Assembly: GCA_963798305.1 (NCBI GenBank)
Contig: CAWCST010000004.1
Coordinates: 21,425 to 85,424, forward strand
Direction: 5' to 3'
From: an uncultured Verrucomicrobiae bacterium
GTDB taxonomy: Bacteria > Verrucomicrobiota > Verrucomicrobiia > Chthoniobacterales > UBA10450
DNA length: 64,000 nucleotides
The translations under genes and the position numbers were made by a program. This document shows positions 26,574-36,658 of this stretch, piece after piece (positions within the stretch are counted from its first letter, which is position 1; each line of letters opens with the position of its first letter). Below the pieces are notes generated by a model. The model was not told the origin of the DNA. It ran no database searches and saw only the letters and a list, made by a program, of their open reading frames with translations.

Positions 26574-26975
26574 GTGAGTTTTGTCGGCGTTCTATTAGAT
26601 TCACAAATGTTACCGAGCTACTACGATTTCTTGATCAAGCGCTTCGAGCAGCCGGATGACGTGCGCACATTCGAAAAAGGAAAATTCGAAACGGTGAAGA
26701 TCGGATCGATGACAATCGGTCGGGCGAGCTACCAACCGGGATGGAAATGGTCGGCACATGTGGGAGCGGCGGCCGGCGCCACTTTCTGTGAGGTGGAACA
26801 TGTCGGTATGGTTGTGTCCGGTAGCGCTGCCTGCCAGATGAGGGACGGCCGATATTACGAAATGCGGGCCGGAGATTTGTTTTACATCGGCCCCGGCCAC
26901 GACAGCTGGGTCGTGGGCGATGAGCCGTATGTGTCGCTGCATTTTCTGGGCGCGGAACATTACGCGCAGCGCTAA
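26574..26975 (+). CDS. cupin domain protein (start may be the Met at 26607)
   Basis: Intact ORF with a cupin-like core: FCEVEHVGMVVSGSAACQMRDGRYYEMRAGDLFYIGPGHDSWVVGDEPYVSLHF. Confidence 0.65.
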   Translation: MSFVGVLLDSQMLPSYYDFLIKRFEQPDDVRTFEKGKFETVKIGSMTIGRASYQPGWKWSAHVGAAAGATFCEVEHVGMVVSGSAACQMRDGRYYEMRAGDLFYIGPGHDSWVVGDEPYVSLHFLGAEHYAQR

Positions 26976-26999
26976 GCAGCTGCGCCGACTTTATTTGAC

Positions 27000-27277
27000 T
27001 CTCGGATCTCGACCGCGGATTGCGCGGATTACGCAGATGAAATAATTGCGGCGAAATGCCCGCTTTTTTCCTGTTTTGAAACTCGCCCGACTCCCTGTCG
27101 CGTTCCCCGCTGCCCTCGCAGCTCTGCGTTCTATGTCGCTCGTCCCGCTCGCTCCATTCCTGGGTTCATAATTGAAAGTCTCAAACCGCCTTGCTCGGTG
27201 ACCTCTGTGTGCTCTGTGGTGAAGTCATGGGTCGCGGTTGCTGACACGGTAGTTTTCTGCCAAGGTTCACGCCACCT
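27000..27277. repeat. non-coding spacer packed with short junk repeats
   Basis: Contains CGCGGATTGCGCGGATTACGCAGATGA (27013..), a 27-nt element ATGTCGCTCGTCCCGCTCGCTCCATTC (27133..27159, also at 50460..50486), and GACCTCTGTGTGCTCTGTGGTGAA (27200..27223). No credible ORF. Confidence 0.6.
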
Positions 27278-28639
27278 GTGGAAAATTACATTTCAAACTT
27301 AATGGCCGGAGTGAAAGCGAAGAATCCGGCCGAGCCTGAGTTTCATCAGGCAGTCTATGAAGTCACCGAGTCGCTGACGCTGGCACTCGATCGGCATCCT
27401 GAGTTTCGGAAAAACAAAATCCTCGAACGGATCATCGAACCTGAGCGGGTGATCATGTTTCGGGTTCCTTGGCAGGACGATCATGGCGAAATGCAGGTCA
27501 ATCGCGGATTCCGAATTCAGATGAACAGCGCGATCGGCCCGTACAAAGGAGGTCTGCGATTTCATCCGTCAGTCAATCTTGGGATTTTGAAATTCCTCGC
27601 GTTCGAACAGGTTTTTAAAAATGCTCTAACGACTCTGCCAATGGGCGGCGGCAAAGGCGGCGCGGATTTCGATCCCAAAGGCAAAAGCGATCAGGAGGTG
27701 ATGCGTTTTTGTCAGGCGTTCATGTGCGAGCTATTCCGGCATATCGGGCCACAGACGGACGTGCCAGCGGGCGACATCGGAGTGGGCGCGCGCGAGATCG
27801 GTTTTTTGTTCGGCATGTACAAAAAGCTGAAGAACGAATTCACCGGCGTCATGACCGGCAAGGGTTTGACCTGGGGCGGGTCGGTCATTCGACCGGAAGC
27901 GACGGGTTATGGCGCGGTTTATTTCGCGGAAGAAATGTTGAAAACGCGCAAAGAGGATTTGAAAAGTAAGGTCGCGCTCGTTTCGGGTAGTGGAAATGTG
28001 GCGCAGTACACCGTCGAGAAGCTGATCACATTAGGCGCGAAGGCGGTCACGCTTTCAGATTCGACCGGATACATTTACGACGAGGAAGGAATCACGCGCG
28101 AGAAACTCGGATTCGTAATGGAACTCAAGAACGTCCAGCGCGGCCGGATCTCCGAATACGCGGGCAAATTCAAAGGCGCGACGTTTACGAAGCTTGATCC
28201 GAAACTCGATTACAACCCGCTTTGGGATCACAAGGCGCAGTGCGCGTTTCCGAGTGCGACCCAAAACGAAATCAATGGCAAAGACGCGGACAATCTTTTG
28301 CGCAATGGCGTCTATGTCGTCTCCGAAGGCGCGAACATGCCGTCCACAATCGAGGCGGTTAACAAATTTCTCGACGCCAAAATTCTTTTTGGGCCGGGCA
28401 AAGCGGCAAACGCTGGCGGTGTTGCCACTTCCGGTTTGGAAATGGCGCAAAACAGCATGCGGATTTCATGGACGCGGGAGGAAGTGGATGCGCGGCTGTT
28501 CCGAATTATGAACAGCATTCACGCCGTTTGTCATCGCACGGCCGAGAAATACGGCACTCCGGGCAATTACGTGAACGGCGCGAACATCGCGGGCTTCCTC
28601 AAGGTCGCCAACGCGATGATGGACCAGGGGCTGGTATAA
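27278..28639 (+). CDS. gdhA: NADP-specific glutamate dehydrogenase
   Basis: Intact 453-aa ORF with GPYKGGLRFHPSVN, LPMGGGKGGADFDPKGKSD, DVPAGDIGVG, GSGNVAQY and EGANMP. Confidence 0.95.
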   Translation: MENYISNLMAGVKAKNPAEPEFHQAVYEVTESLTLALDRHPEFRKNKILERIIEPERVIMFRVPWQDDHGEMQVNRGFRIQMNSAIGPYKGGLRFHPSVNLGILKFLAFEQVFKNALTTLPMGGGKGGADFDPKGKSDQEVMRFCQAFMCELFRHIGPQTDVPAGDIGVGAREIGFLFGMYKKLKNEFTGVMTGKGLTWGGSVIRPEATGYGAVYFAEEMLKTRKEDLKSKVALVSGSGNVAQYTVEKLITLGAKAVTLSDSTGYIYDEEGITREKLGFVMELKNVQRGRISEYAGKFKGATFTKLDPKLDYNPLWDHKAQCAFPSATQNEINGKDADNLLRNGVYVVSEGANMPSTIEAVNKFLDAKILFGPGKAANAGGVATSGLEMAQNSMRISWTREEVDARLFRIMNSIHAVCHRTAEKYGTPGNYVNGANIAGFLKVANAMMDQGLV

Positions 28640-28673
28640 TTGGTGCAGATTATCGCGATCGATTCATTTTCGC

Positions 28674-29099
28674 ATGGATACGTGTCCGAGAAGCCCAAGG
28701 GAGAAGACGCGCGGAATGATGTATTTCCCGCGGATGCTCGACAAGATTCGGTTCCATGCGCGCGGCGAGTTGCACGAGGATTATCAAAAGAACCTTGGTG
28801 CGGTGAAAGCCGCTGACGGGGTCTGCTGCAATTTTCTGCGCGTTCATTATCGCGACCTGCGTGAGCGCGTGCAGCAAGGCGGCACCGACGAAGAAATCCT
28901 TGATTGGTGTTTTGAAAAAGGTCGGCGACTCAATGAAGGCGATCTCGTGGTCTGGAATGGTTTCGCATCGAAACTCGGCTGGCACGATTTTGCGACACCA
29001 GTGTTGGAGGAGGCGAAGCGCAAACACGGCATCGCGGATCGTACTGATATTGCGACCATCCCCGACTTGATCGATTTCGACGAAGGGCGAAAAAGCTGA
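28674..29099 (+). CDS. DUF5069 domain protein
   Basis: Intact ORF. PRSPREKTRGMMYFPRMLDKIR...GTDEEILDW matches my memory of the DUF5069 family pattern. Confidence 0.6.
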   Translation: MDTCPRSPREKTRGMMYFPRMLDKIRFHARGELHEDYQKNLGAVKAADGVCCNFLRVHYRDLRERVQQGGTDEEILDWCFEKGRRLNEGDLVVWNGFASKLGWHDFATPVLEEAKRKHGIADRTDIATIPDLIDFDEGRKS

Positions 29100-29109
29100 A
29101 CGAAGCCTC

Positions 29110-29544
29110 GTGAGCAAGATAATCGTTTCGGTCGGTCTTTTCTTTCTGCTTAGCCTGAGTGCTGAGGCGGGCGACGCGGTCGCTGTCGGATACAATTCCG
29201 GAGGGATTTGGACCGCTGTGACCTACAATCGCTCGTCAACGCCGAAGGCAGGCACACATTATCGGAAGGCGACCGACGCTTGCATTGCTGCCTTGCGCGA
29301 TCTTCGCGTCCGCGCTGCTGAAAATCTGGCAAAGGCGAGCATCCTCGCCGCTTCAGATTTGACCGGCTATGTGGCGGTCGCCCGGGGCAAGGCTGTTTCG
29401 GGAACGGACGTGAACGTCGTTGACTACGGAAAGTCCCAGGCACAAGCCGATAAAAAAGCTTTAGCTGATCTGAACCGCGATCACGCCACCGCGAACGAAA
29501 AGATCGTTTACCGCTATTTCTCATACGGCGCTGATTCTGAATGA
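29110..29544 (+). CDS. secreted hypothetical protein (possibly DUF4189-like)
   Basis: GTG start, signal peptide KIIVSVGLFFLLSLSAEA, 144 aa. Overlaps the next gene by 4 nt. Confidence 0.5.
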   Translation: MSKIIVSVGLFFLLSLSAEAGDAVAVGYNSGGIWTAVTYNRSSTPKAGTHYRKATDACIAALRDLRVRAAENLAKASILAASDLTGYVAVARGKAVSGTDVNVVDYGKSQAQADKKALADLNRDHATANEKIVYRYFSYGADSE

Positions 29545-31007
29545 GAGCCGTTGGTCATTGCTGTGCCGCCTCGATTTCGGTTTGCACCGGCCTTTTGATT
29601 CTCTGTGTCTCACGATCTAATGCGCAGGGGGTGACGCCGTCGCCAACGTCGACGCCGATTGTTTTCTCGGCCCGGACGCTGGCCGATCTGAAACGGTTGC
29701 AGCAAGCGGCGCTGAATAGCGACTATGCATATCGGCAAGTCGCGCATCTGGCGAACAACATTGGGCCGCGCTTGACCGGATCGGCGCAAGCGGAGAAGGC
29801 GGTTGAGTACGTCGCGAACGAATTGAGAACGATCGGCTGCGAGGTGCAGTTGGAAAAAGTAATCGTGCCGCACTGGGTGCGTGGCGACGAAACAGCGGCT
29901 CTTGTGCAATTTCCCGGCCAGGCTGAGAACACAACACAAAAGATTGTGCTTTGCGCTCTTGGCGGCAGCGTTGCCACTCCACCACGGGGGATTACGGCCG
30001 AAGTCGTCGCCGTTAAGACTTTCGACGAGCTAAAAGCGCTCCCTCGCGAAAAGGTGTCGGGCAAGATTGTGCTGTTCAATAATCCCTTCGACAAGCAAAT
30101 GGCGGCAGAAGGTCGCGGCGGCGAAGCCTACGGTGAAGCGGTTGTTTATCGGAGCGATGGTCCCAGCGTAGCGGGGCGGCAAGGCGCGGTCGCCTGTTTA
30201 ATTCGTTCAGTTGGCGGCGCGGACTATCGAATTCCGCATACCGGACAAACCCATTACGAAGACGATGCGCCAAAAATTCCGGCAGGTGCAGTTACCGCCG
30301 AAGACGCAGATCTAATTGTCGATCTTGTCCGGCAAGGCCCAGTAACGATGAAACTGGTGCTGACGCCGCAAACATTGCCCGAGGTGGAGAGCGCAAACGT
30401 GATCGGGGACATCAAAGGCAGCGAACATCCGGAACAAGTCGTAATTGTCTCCGGCCACCTTGATTCGTGGGACTTGGGAACGGGCGCGATCGACGACGGC
30501 GCTGGTGTCGCCGTGTCAATGGAAGCGGCAAATCTCGTGCAAAAACTTCATTTGAAACCGAAACGCACGATGCGCGTGATCGCGTGGATGAATGAAGAGA
30601 ACGGGCTCGCCGGTTCAAAACAATACGCAAAAGATCACGAGAAAGAATGGACTAATCACTTCGCGGCGATGGAAACCGATAATGGCGCAGGTCATCCTCT
30701 TGGGCTTAACATTAAAGGAAAGCGCGAAGTGAAAACGATGCTCACACCGGTGGCGGCGATCTTGCAGGAGTCGGGCGCAGGGATGCTCACCATGGTCGAG
30801 CATTGCGGCGCGGATATCGAGCCGATGGAAGATGCCGGCGTGCCCGCCTTCAGTCCTATTCAGGACAGCCGGTTCTATTTCAATTATCATCACACCGCAG
30901 CCGATACGCTGGATAAAATTGTGCCGAAAGAATTGGCGGAAAATTCGGCGGTTGTCGCGGTTTGGGCGTACGCAATTGCAAACAGCGAGCAGCCGTTGCC
31001 GCGCTGA
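29541..31007 (+). CDS. M28 family metallopeptidase with PA domain
   Basis: Intact 488-aa ORF with a signal peptide, VSGHLDSWDLGTGAIDDGAGV, WMNEENGLAGS and YHHTAADTLD. Confidence 0.85.
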   Translation: MRAVGHCCAASISVCTGLLILCVSRSNAQGVTPSPTSTPIVFSARTLADLKRLQQAALNSDYAYRQVAHLANNIGPRLTGSAQAEKAVEYVANELRTIGCEVQLEKVIVPHWVRGDETAALVQFPGQAENTTQKIVLCALGGSVATPPRGITAEVVAVKTFDELKALPREKVSGKIVLFNNPFDKQMAAEGRGGEAYGEAVVYRSDGPSVAGRQGAVACLIRSVGGADYRIPHTGQTHYEDDAPKIPAGAVTAEDADLIVDLVRQGPVTMKLVLTPQTLPEVESANVIGDIKGSEHPEQVVIVSGHLDSWDLGTGAIDDGAGVAVSMEAANLVQKLHLKPKRTMRVIAWMNEENGLAGSKQYAKDHEKEWTNHFAAMETDNGAGHPLGLNIKGKREVKTMLTPVAAILQESGAGMLTMVEHCGADIEPMEDAGVPAFSPIQDSRFYFNYHHTAADTLDKIVPKELAENSAVVAVWAYAIANSEQPLPR

Positions 31008-31035
31008 AGCGGAAGTGAATGGTGATAGGTGATCA

Positions 31036-31809
31036 GTGAATGGCTTCGGCGGTCCTCGGTTTCGCCAAGGCTCTAGCGCGATAAGTAGTTCACCACTACG
31101 GACGAGAGAAGATCGATGTCTCCCTTCGGGCTCGCGCATCCGGGCTGCATTTGATAGACGCGAGATTGTGTTTCCAAATCGAGCTGAAGCCGGCCGGCTA
31201 CTCGCGGAGAAACTCAGGAAATATGCCGGTCGTGATGACGTAATTGTGCTCGGCCTTCCGCGCGGCGGCGTGCCGGTCGCTTACGAGGTGGCCCGGGCGC
31301 TTGGCGCGCCGCTTGATGTTTTCATCGTGCGCAAGCTCGGCGTGCCCGGTTTCGAAGAGCTCGCGGTAGGCGCAATCGCCTCGGGCGGTGTGCGCGTTTT
31401 GAACGAAGACGTCATGCGTGCGTTGCCAAATGCTGCCGAGATCATTGAAGAGGTGACGGCGCGGGAAACAGCGGAGGTGGAACGACGCGAACAAAGTTAT
31501 CGCGACGGACGACCTGCGCCCAAACTACGCGATCGCGTGGTCATCTTGGTCGATGATGGACTGGCGACTGGTGCGACGATGCGGGCGGCGGTCGCAGCAT
31601 TGCGGCAGCGCGGGGTCGCGAAGATTGTAGTCGCGGTGCCCGTAGGCGCACCGGATACGTGCCGCGAATTCGAGGATGTGGCAGATGAAGCCGTCTGTGC
31701 AACTGCGCCAGAATTTTTCCAGGCGGTGGGTCAGTATTACGAAGATTTCTCGCAGACGAGCGATGACGAAGTGCGGGAGCTACTCATCCGAGCCGCTCAA
31801 GAACGCTGA
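31036..31809 (+). CDS. phosphoribosyltransferase family protein (COG1926-like); true start probably internal
   Basis: FPNRAEAGRLLAEKL...VIVLGLPRGGVPVA and the PRPP-binding loop VILVDDGLATGATM. Confidence 0.75.
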   Translation: MNGFGGPRFRQGSSAISSSPLRTREDRCLPSGSRIRAAFDRREIVFPNRAEAGRLLAEKLRKYAGRDDVIVLGLPRGGVPVAYEVARALGAPLDVFIVRKLGVPGFEELAVGAIASGGVRVLNEDVMRALPNAAEIIEEVTARETAEVERREQSYRDGRPAPKLRDRVVILVDDGLATGATMRAAVAALRQRGVAKIVVAVPVGAPDTCREFEDVADEAVCATAPEFFQAVGQYYEDFSQTSDDEVRELLIRAAQER

Positions 31810-31887
31810 GTCGGGTCGATGAGTGCGCATCCCAGGCAATCGCGCGCAGCTTGAAAAAGTGCGACCGTGCCTAGGATCGGTCAAAAG

Positions 31888-32274
31888 TTATTTCTGGCGC
31901 CAGGGCATGAGCACGTTTTTCTTGCGCAGTTTGCAGGCGTCCTTGACCAGTGTGAAAGTCAGATTCTTTTCGTCAATGCGGCTGAATTTGTAAACGCCCA
32001 ATCCATCGCAGCCTTTCGGCTTTATTCCGCCGGTCCGTTGAAGCGTCACGGTGTCACCCGATACCGTGTAGGTGCCCCACGCATCGGGTTTGCCATCCTT
32101 ATTAAGATCGGCATCCCACGTGCCATCGGCCTTGATCATCCAAACGGTGCCGAGGGAGTTTGTCCATGTCCCAACGAGCGCCGCTTGTCCAGACTTCGGA
32201 TAGGTAGCGCAGGCGTTCAACAGCACGAGTAGAATACCAGCGAGAACAATTCGGAGAGAGGATTGTATCTTCAT
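31888..32274 (-). CDS. small lipoprotein, hypothetical
   Basis: Intact ORF with a signal peptide and lipobox (LLVLLNAC). Confidence 0.6.
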   Translation of the reverse strand: MKIQSSLRIVLAGILLVLLNACATYPKSGQAALVGTWTNSLGTVWMIKADGTWDADLNKDGKPDAWGTYTVSGDTVTLQRTGGIKPKGCDGLGVYKFSRIDEKNLTFTLVKDACKLRKKNVLMPWRQK

Positions 32275-32388
32275 AACGCGCACCTTCACTGGCTGCGGTC
32301 AAAGGTGCAAGTGTAGGGCGCGTCGCCGGTCGCCCTGTCGAGTCCCGTCAAATCTTTACTCGCTTCGCCGCCTCGGTAATTTCTACTG

Positions 32389-33433
32389 ATGTCGATTTCG
32401 GAGGAACAAATTCGGGACGCGCTCAAGGCTGTGAAGTATCCGGGCTTTAGCCGCGACATTGTTTCTTTCGGTCTGGTTAAGTCGGTCAAGATCGACAATG
32501 GCGAAGTCAAGGTTCAGCTCGCGCTGGCCACCAACGACCCGAATATTCCCGCGGCCATCAAAAACGACTGCGGAAAAGGTTTTGCGCGCGATTGATGGAA
32601 TTCGCAGCGCGAAAGTATTGATCGACATCCATGCGCCGCCCGCCGGCGCAGGCGCAGGCGTTGGCGCGAACGCGGATTCCGGGAATCAAGCACGTCATCG
32701 CGGTGGCAAGCGGAAAGGGCGGCGTGGGCAAATCAACCGTCGCAGCGAATCTCGCCGTCGCGCTCGAGCAAACCGAAGCGCGCGAATTGGCCTTTGCGAT
32801 TGCGACATCTACGGCCCGAGCATTTCGCTCATGTTCGGCACGCGCGAACGGCCGATGGCGACGGAAGAAAACCAGATCGTCCCGATCGAGCAATACAATT
32901 TGAAGCTGATGTCGATGGGTTTCTGCTCGACGACGCCTCGCCGGCGATTTTGCGCGGGCCGATGGTCACGCGTTACACTCAACAATTTTTGCGACAGGTC
33001 GAATGGGGCGAACTTGATTATCTGGTTCTCGATCTACCGCCTGGCACCGGCGATATTCAGCTCACGATTGTGCAAACGGTCGCGCTCTCCGGCGCGATCA
33101 TCGTGACCACGCCGCAGGAAGTGGCCCTGATCGATGCGCGCAAAGCCGCGACCATGTTCGAGAAGGTGAACGTACCCGTGCTCGGGCTCATCGAGAACAT
33201 GAGCTACTTCGTTTCTCCGTCTGACAACAAGCGCTACGACATCTTCGGCAGCGGCGGGGGCGAACGTGAAGCAAAGCGGTTGCGGGTCCCGTTGCTCGGC
33301 CAAATCCCAATCGACATCGCGACGCGCGAGGCCGGCGACCGCGGGATGCCGATCGTCGCCGAAGATCAACAATCATCTGTGGCAGTCGGAGTTCAACAAA
33401 ATCGCGCGCCGAATTCGGGAGACGCTGGCCTAA
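32389..33433 (+). CDS. apbC: Mrp/NBP35-type iron-sulfur cluster carrier ATPase (ApbC); at least 4 frame breaks
   Basis: An N-terminal DUF59-like part (IRDALKAVKYPGFSRDIVSFGLV), the Walker A motif AVASGKGGVGKST, CDCDIYGPS, LDYLVLDLPPGTGD and LGLIENMSYF. Distributed over ORFs 32389.., 32459.., 32631.. and 32794... Confidence 0.85.
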
Positions 33434-33533
33434 CGAAACTAATTCTCAGCGGGTTGGTTAAATAGGTATGGCCGATGCTACGTCATACATTATCCAGGAC
33501 TTATTCACTTTTGATTGACTGATTCTCGTTTTT

Positions 33534-33782
33534 ATGGAAAAAAGTGGCCCAATGCCGCTTGTGCAAGAGGAGAAGAAGTCTCAGTTCGTTAAGAACTCCG
33601 TGCTCTACAAGGAGTTCCTGGCCGAGCGCGAAGAAATTTTGAAGCACAAGTGGATCGAGAGTGAGAAAGCCGGCAAAGACATCGGCTTCGAGAAAGCGCT
33701 GCTCGATTGGATCGTGAAACATCGCTCCAATTGGCGGGAGCGGCGAATGAAGGAGGCGCGCACAGAAAAGGCCGCCTCCTAA
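33534..33782 (+). CDS. small conserved hypothetical protein (82 aa)
   Basis: Intact ORF with the motif KHKWIESEKAGKDIGFEKALLDWI, which I recall from small conserved bacterial proteins. I cannot name the family with confidence. Confidence 0.5.
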   Translation: MEKSGPMPLVQEEKKSQFVKNSVLYKEFLAEREEILKHKWIESEKAGKDIGFEKALLDWIVKHRSNWRERRMKEARTEKAAS

Positions 33783-33790
33783 TTTTATCG

Positions 33791-33827
33791 GTTCCTTTAA
33801 AGCGATCCCGCGAGGTCGCCAAGGAAC
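33791..33827 (+). promoter_or_regulatory. candidate PyrR-binding RNA hairpin that sequesters the pyrR ribosome-binding site
   Basis: Outer stem GTTCCTT (33791..33797) pairs with AAGGAAC (33821..33827). Inner stem GCGA/TCGC has the loop TCCCGCGAGG, resembling the PyrR recognition loop UCCAGAGAGG. The 3' arm contains the AAGGA Shine-Dalgarno 4 nt before the pyrR ATG. Confidence 0.55.
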
Positions 33828-33830
33828 GCA

Positions 33831-34386
33831 ATGAAACAAACAAAACAGAATTCTGGCGTCCCAATCATGGACGCGGAAGCGATTCGTCGCGCGCTGCGGC
33901 GCGATCGCGCATGAAATCATTGAGCAGAATGCCGATCTCAAATCCGTCGTGCTGGCAGGAATTCCATCGCGTGGCGTGGAGATCGCGCGGCGGATTGCCG
34001 AGTTCATCAGCGCCATTGAGAAGATCGACATCGAGACGGGCGTTATCGACGTGGCGATGCACCGCGACGACGTCGGTACGCGCGCGGAGTTGCCGGTCGT
34101 GCACGAATCAAAGCTTCCGCTGCCGCTCGAAGGTCGCACCGTCATTATCGTGGACGACGTCCTTTTCACTGGTCGCACCGTGCGCGCGGCAATGGATGCG
34201 ATCAGTTCGTTCGGGCGCCCGGCTCGAATTCAACTCGCCGCGCTGATCGATCGCGGCCACCGCGAGCTGCCCATCCGCGCCGATTACGTCGGCAAAAATC
34301 TGCCGAGCGCCGCCAGCGAGAACGTGCGTGTCCGGCTTGAGCAAACCGACGACGAACCGGACGCAGTCTGGTTATTGAAAGAATGA
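33831..34386 (+). CDS. pyrR: bifunctional pyr operon regulator / uracil phosphoribosyltransferase PyrR; frame break at ~33900
   Basis: MKQT..MDAEAIRRALRR, then IAHEIIEQNADLKSVVLAGIPSRGVEIA, VIIVDDVLFTGRTVRAAMDA and DRGHRELPIRADYVGKN. Confidence 0.9.
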
Positions 34387-35315
34387 GCACGCGCTGGAAC
34401 CGCAAAGACTTGCTTGGACTGCGTGAGCTGGCCGCGCGATGAGATCAATCTAATTCTGGAAACAGCGGACGCTTTCAAGCAGGTCGGCACCCGCGAGATC
34501 AAAAAAGTGCCGGCACTCCGCGGGAAGACGCTGGTAAATTTCTTCGTCGAGCCGAGCACGCGCACTCGCACGTCGTTCGAACTAGCCGCCTCTCGATTAA
34601 GCGCGGACGTGATCAACATTTCCGCAAGCACATCGAGCCTGACGAAAGGCGAAACACTGAAGGATACCGCGCAAAGTTTTGGAAGCGATCCACGCGGATA
34701 TCATCGTTCTGCGTCACAGTTCCGCCGGGGCGCCGCAGTTTCTCGCGCAGCGATTGAAATCGAGTGTCATCAATGCCGGCGACGGCGCGCACGAACATCC
34801 GACACAAGCGCTCCTTGATCTTTACACAATTCGCGAGAAACGCGGCAAAATCGAGAATCTCCACGTTGTTATCGTTGGCGACATTCTGTTCAGTCGCGTT
34901 GCTCGTTCGAATATTTTTGGCCTGACCAAACTTGGCGCACGGGTCACGCTCGTCGGTCCGAGCACACTGGTTCCGCGTCGAATTCGAGAAACTCGGCGCG
35001 AAGGTTTCGCACAAGATCGACGACGTCCTTCCCGACGCGGATGTGGTGAATCTCCTTCGCATTCAGCACGAGCGTCAGCGCAAAGAATATTTCCCGGGGA
35101 TTGGCGAATACACCGCGCTCTTCGGCCTAACGAAAGAGCGCGCCAAGCTTTTAAAGCCGGATTGCCTGATCATGCATCCCGGCCCGATCAATCGCGGCGT
35201 CGAGATCGACAGCGAAGTCGCTGACGGACTGCATAGCGTTATTCTCGAACAGGTCACCAACGGCCTCGCCGTCCGGATGGCTGTTCTTTATCTCTGCGGA
35301 GGAATCGCGACGTGA
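34383..35315 (+). CDS. pyrB: aspartate carbamoyltransferase catalytic subunit; at least 3 frame breaks
   Basis: The ATG overlaps the pyrR stop (ATGA). [59 protein letters not shown] and [13 protein letters not shown]. ORFs 34414.., 34679.. and 34932..35315. Confidence 0.9.
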
Positions 35316-36596
35316 GCGTGACGATTATTCGCAACGGACGCGTGATCGATCCGGCAAACAGGCGGGATGAAGTTGTCGATCTTGCAATCATCGATGGTCG
35401 GATCGCCTCTCAATCCGTAATCCGCGATCCGCAATCCGAAATTGAAGAAATCAATGCCGCCGGGTTAATTGTTGCTCCTGGTTTGATCGATATGCACGTG
35501 CATCTGCGCGAGCCGGGATTCGGTCACAAGGAAACGATTGGATCGGGCGCGCGCGCAGCAGCGGCCGGCGGGTTCACCACGATTGTCTGCATGCCGAACA
35601 CTTCGCCGGCCGCGGATAATCCGAGCACAATCGCGTGGATCAAAGATCGTGCCGCGGCAACGGCCTGTGTGAATGTTTTGCCGACCGGCGCCATCTCGAA
35701 AAATATTGCGGGTGAAGAATTGGCGCCGATCGGTTCGCTAGGGCAGGCCGGGGTCGTCGCAATCACGGACGACGGCCATTGCATTCAGAATCACGAGCTG
35801 ATGCGACGCGCGGTTGAATATGCGCGGATGGTCGGTTTGCCGGTGCTCGATCATTGCCAGGATTACAATTTGGTCGGCAACGGCGTAGTGCACGAAGGCT
35901 ACTGGAGCACGCTTACTCGGATTGCCCGGCTGGCCGAGCGCGGGCGAGGAAGCGATCGTGATGCGCAACATTTTACTAGCGGAACTTTGCGATCATCAGA
36001 TCCATTGCCAGCACGTCAGCGCCGCGGGAAGCGTCCGTTTGATTCGCGAAGCGCGCACGCGGGGCGTGAAAATCAGTGGCGAAGTTTGTCCGCACCATAT
36101 CGCCTTGACCGACGAAGCAATCCAAAATTTCGACACCAATTACAAAATGAATCCGCCGTTGCGCTCGCAGCCAGACGTCGATGCGCTTCTGGAAGGAATT
36201 GCCGATGGCACCTTGGCGATCCTGGCGAGCGATCACGCGCCGCACGCGGGTTTTGAAAAGGAAGTTGAGTTCGACGCGGCGCCGTTTGGAATCATCGGAC
36301 TCGAAACGGAACTGGGATTGTTTCTCGATCTGCTCGTGCACAAACATCGCAAGATCGACATCGCGCGTTTGATCGAGATGTACACGATCGAGCCAGCGAG
36401 ACTTCTCAAACTGGATGCCGGAACTTTATCGGTTGGCGCGCCGGCCGACGTGACATTGATCGATCCGGATCTGGAATGGACGGTCAAGATCGACAAGTTC
36501 GAATCGGCGTCGCGCAATTCGCCGTTCGATGGGTGGAAATTAAAAGGTCGAGCGGTGCGGACAATTGTCGGTGGAAAAACGGTCTGGAAATTGTAG
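35312..36596 (+). CDS. pyrC: dihydroorotase; one frame break at ~35915
   Basis: The GTG start overlaps the pyrB stop. GLIDMHVHLREPG, GGFTTIVCMPNT, HVSAAGSVRLIREA, CPHHIAL and SDHAPH. Confidence 0.9.
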
Positions 36597-36658
36597 CGGC
36601 GGTCTATGACCGCCGAGTCAAATAAATTTCGGCGCTCACAGAGCGCCGCTACAAGAGA

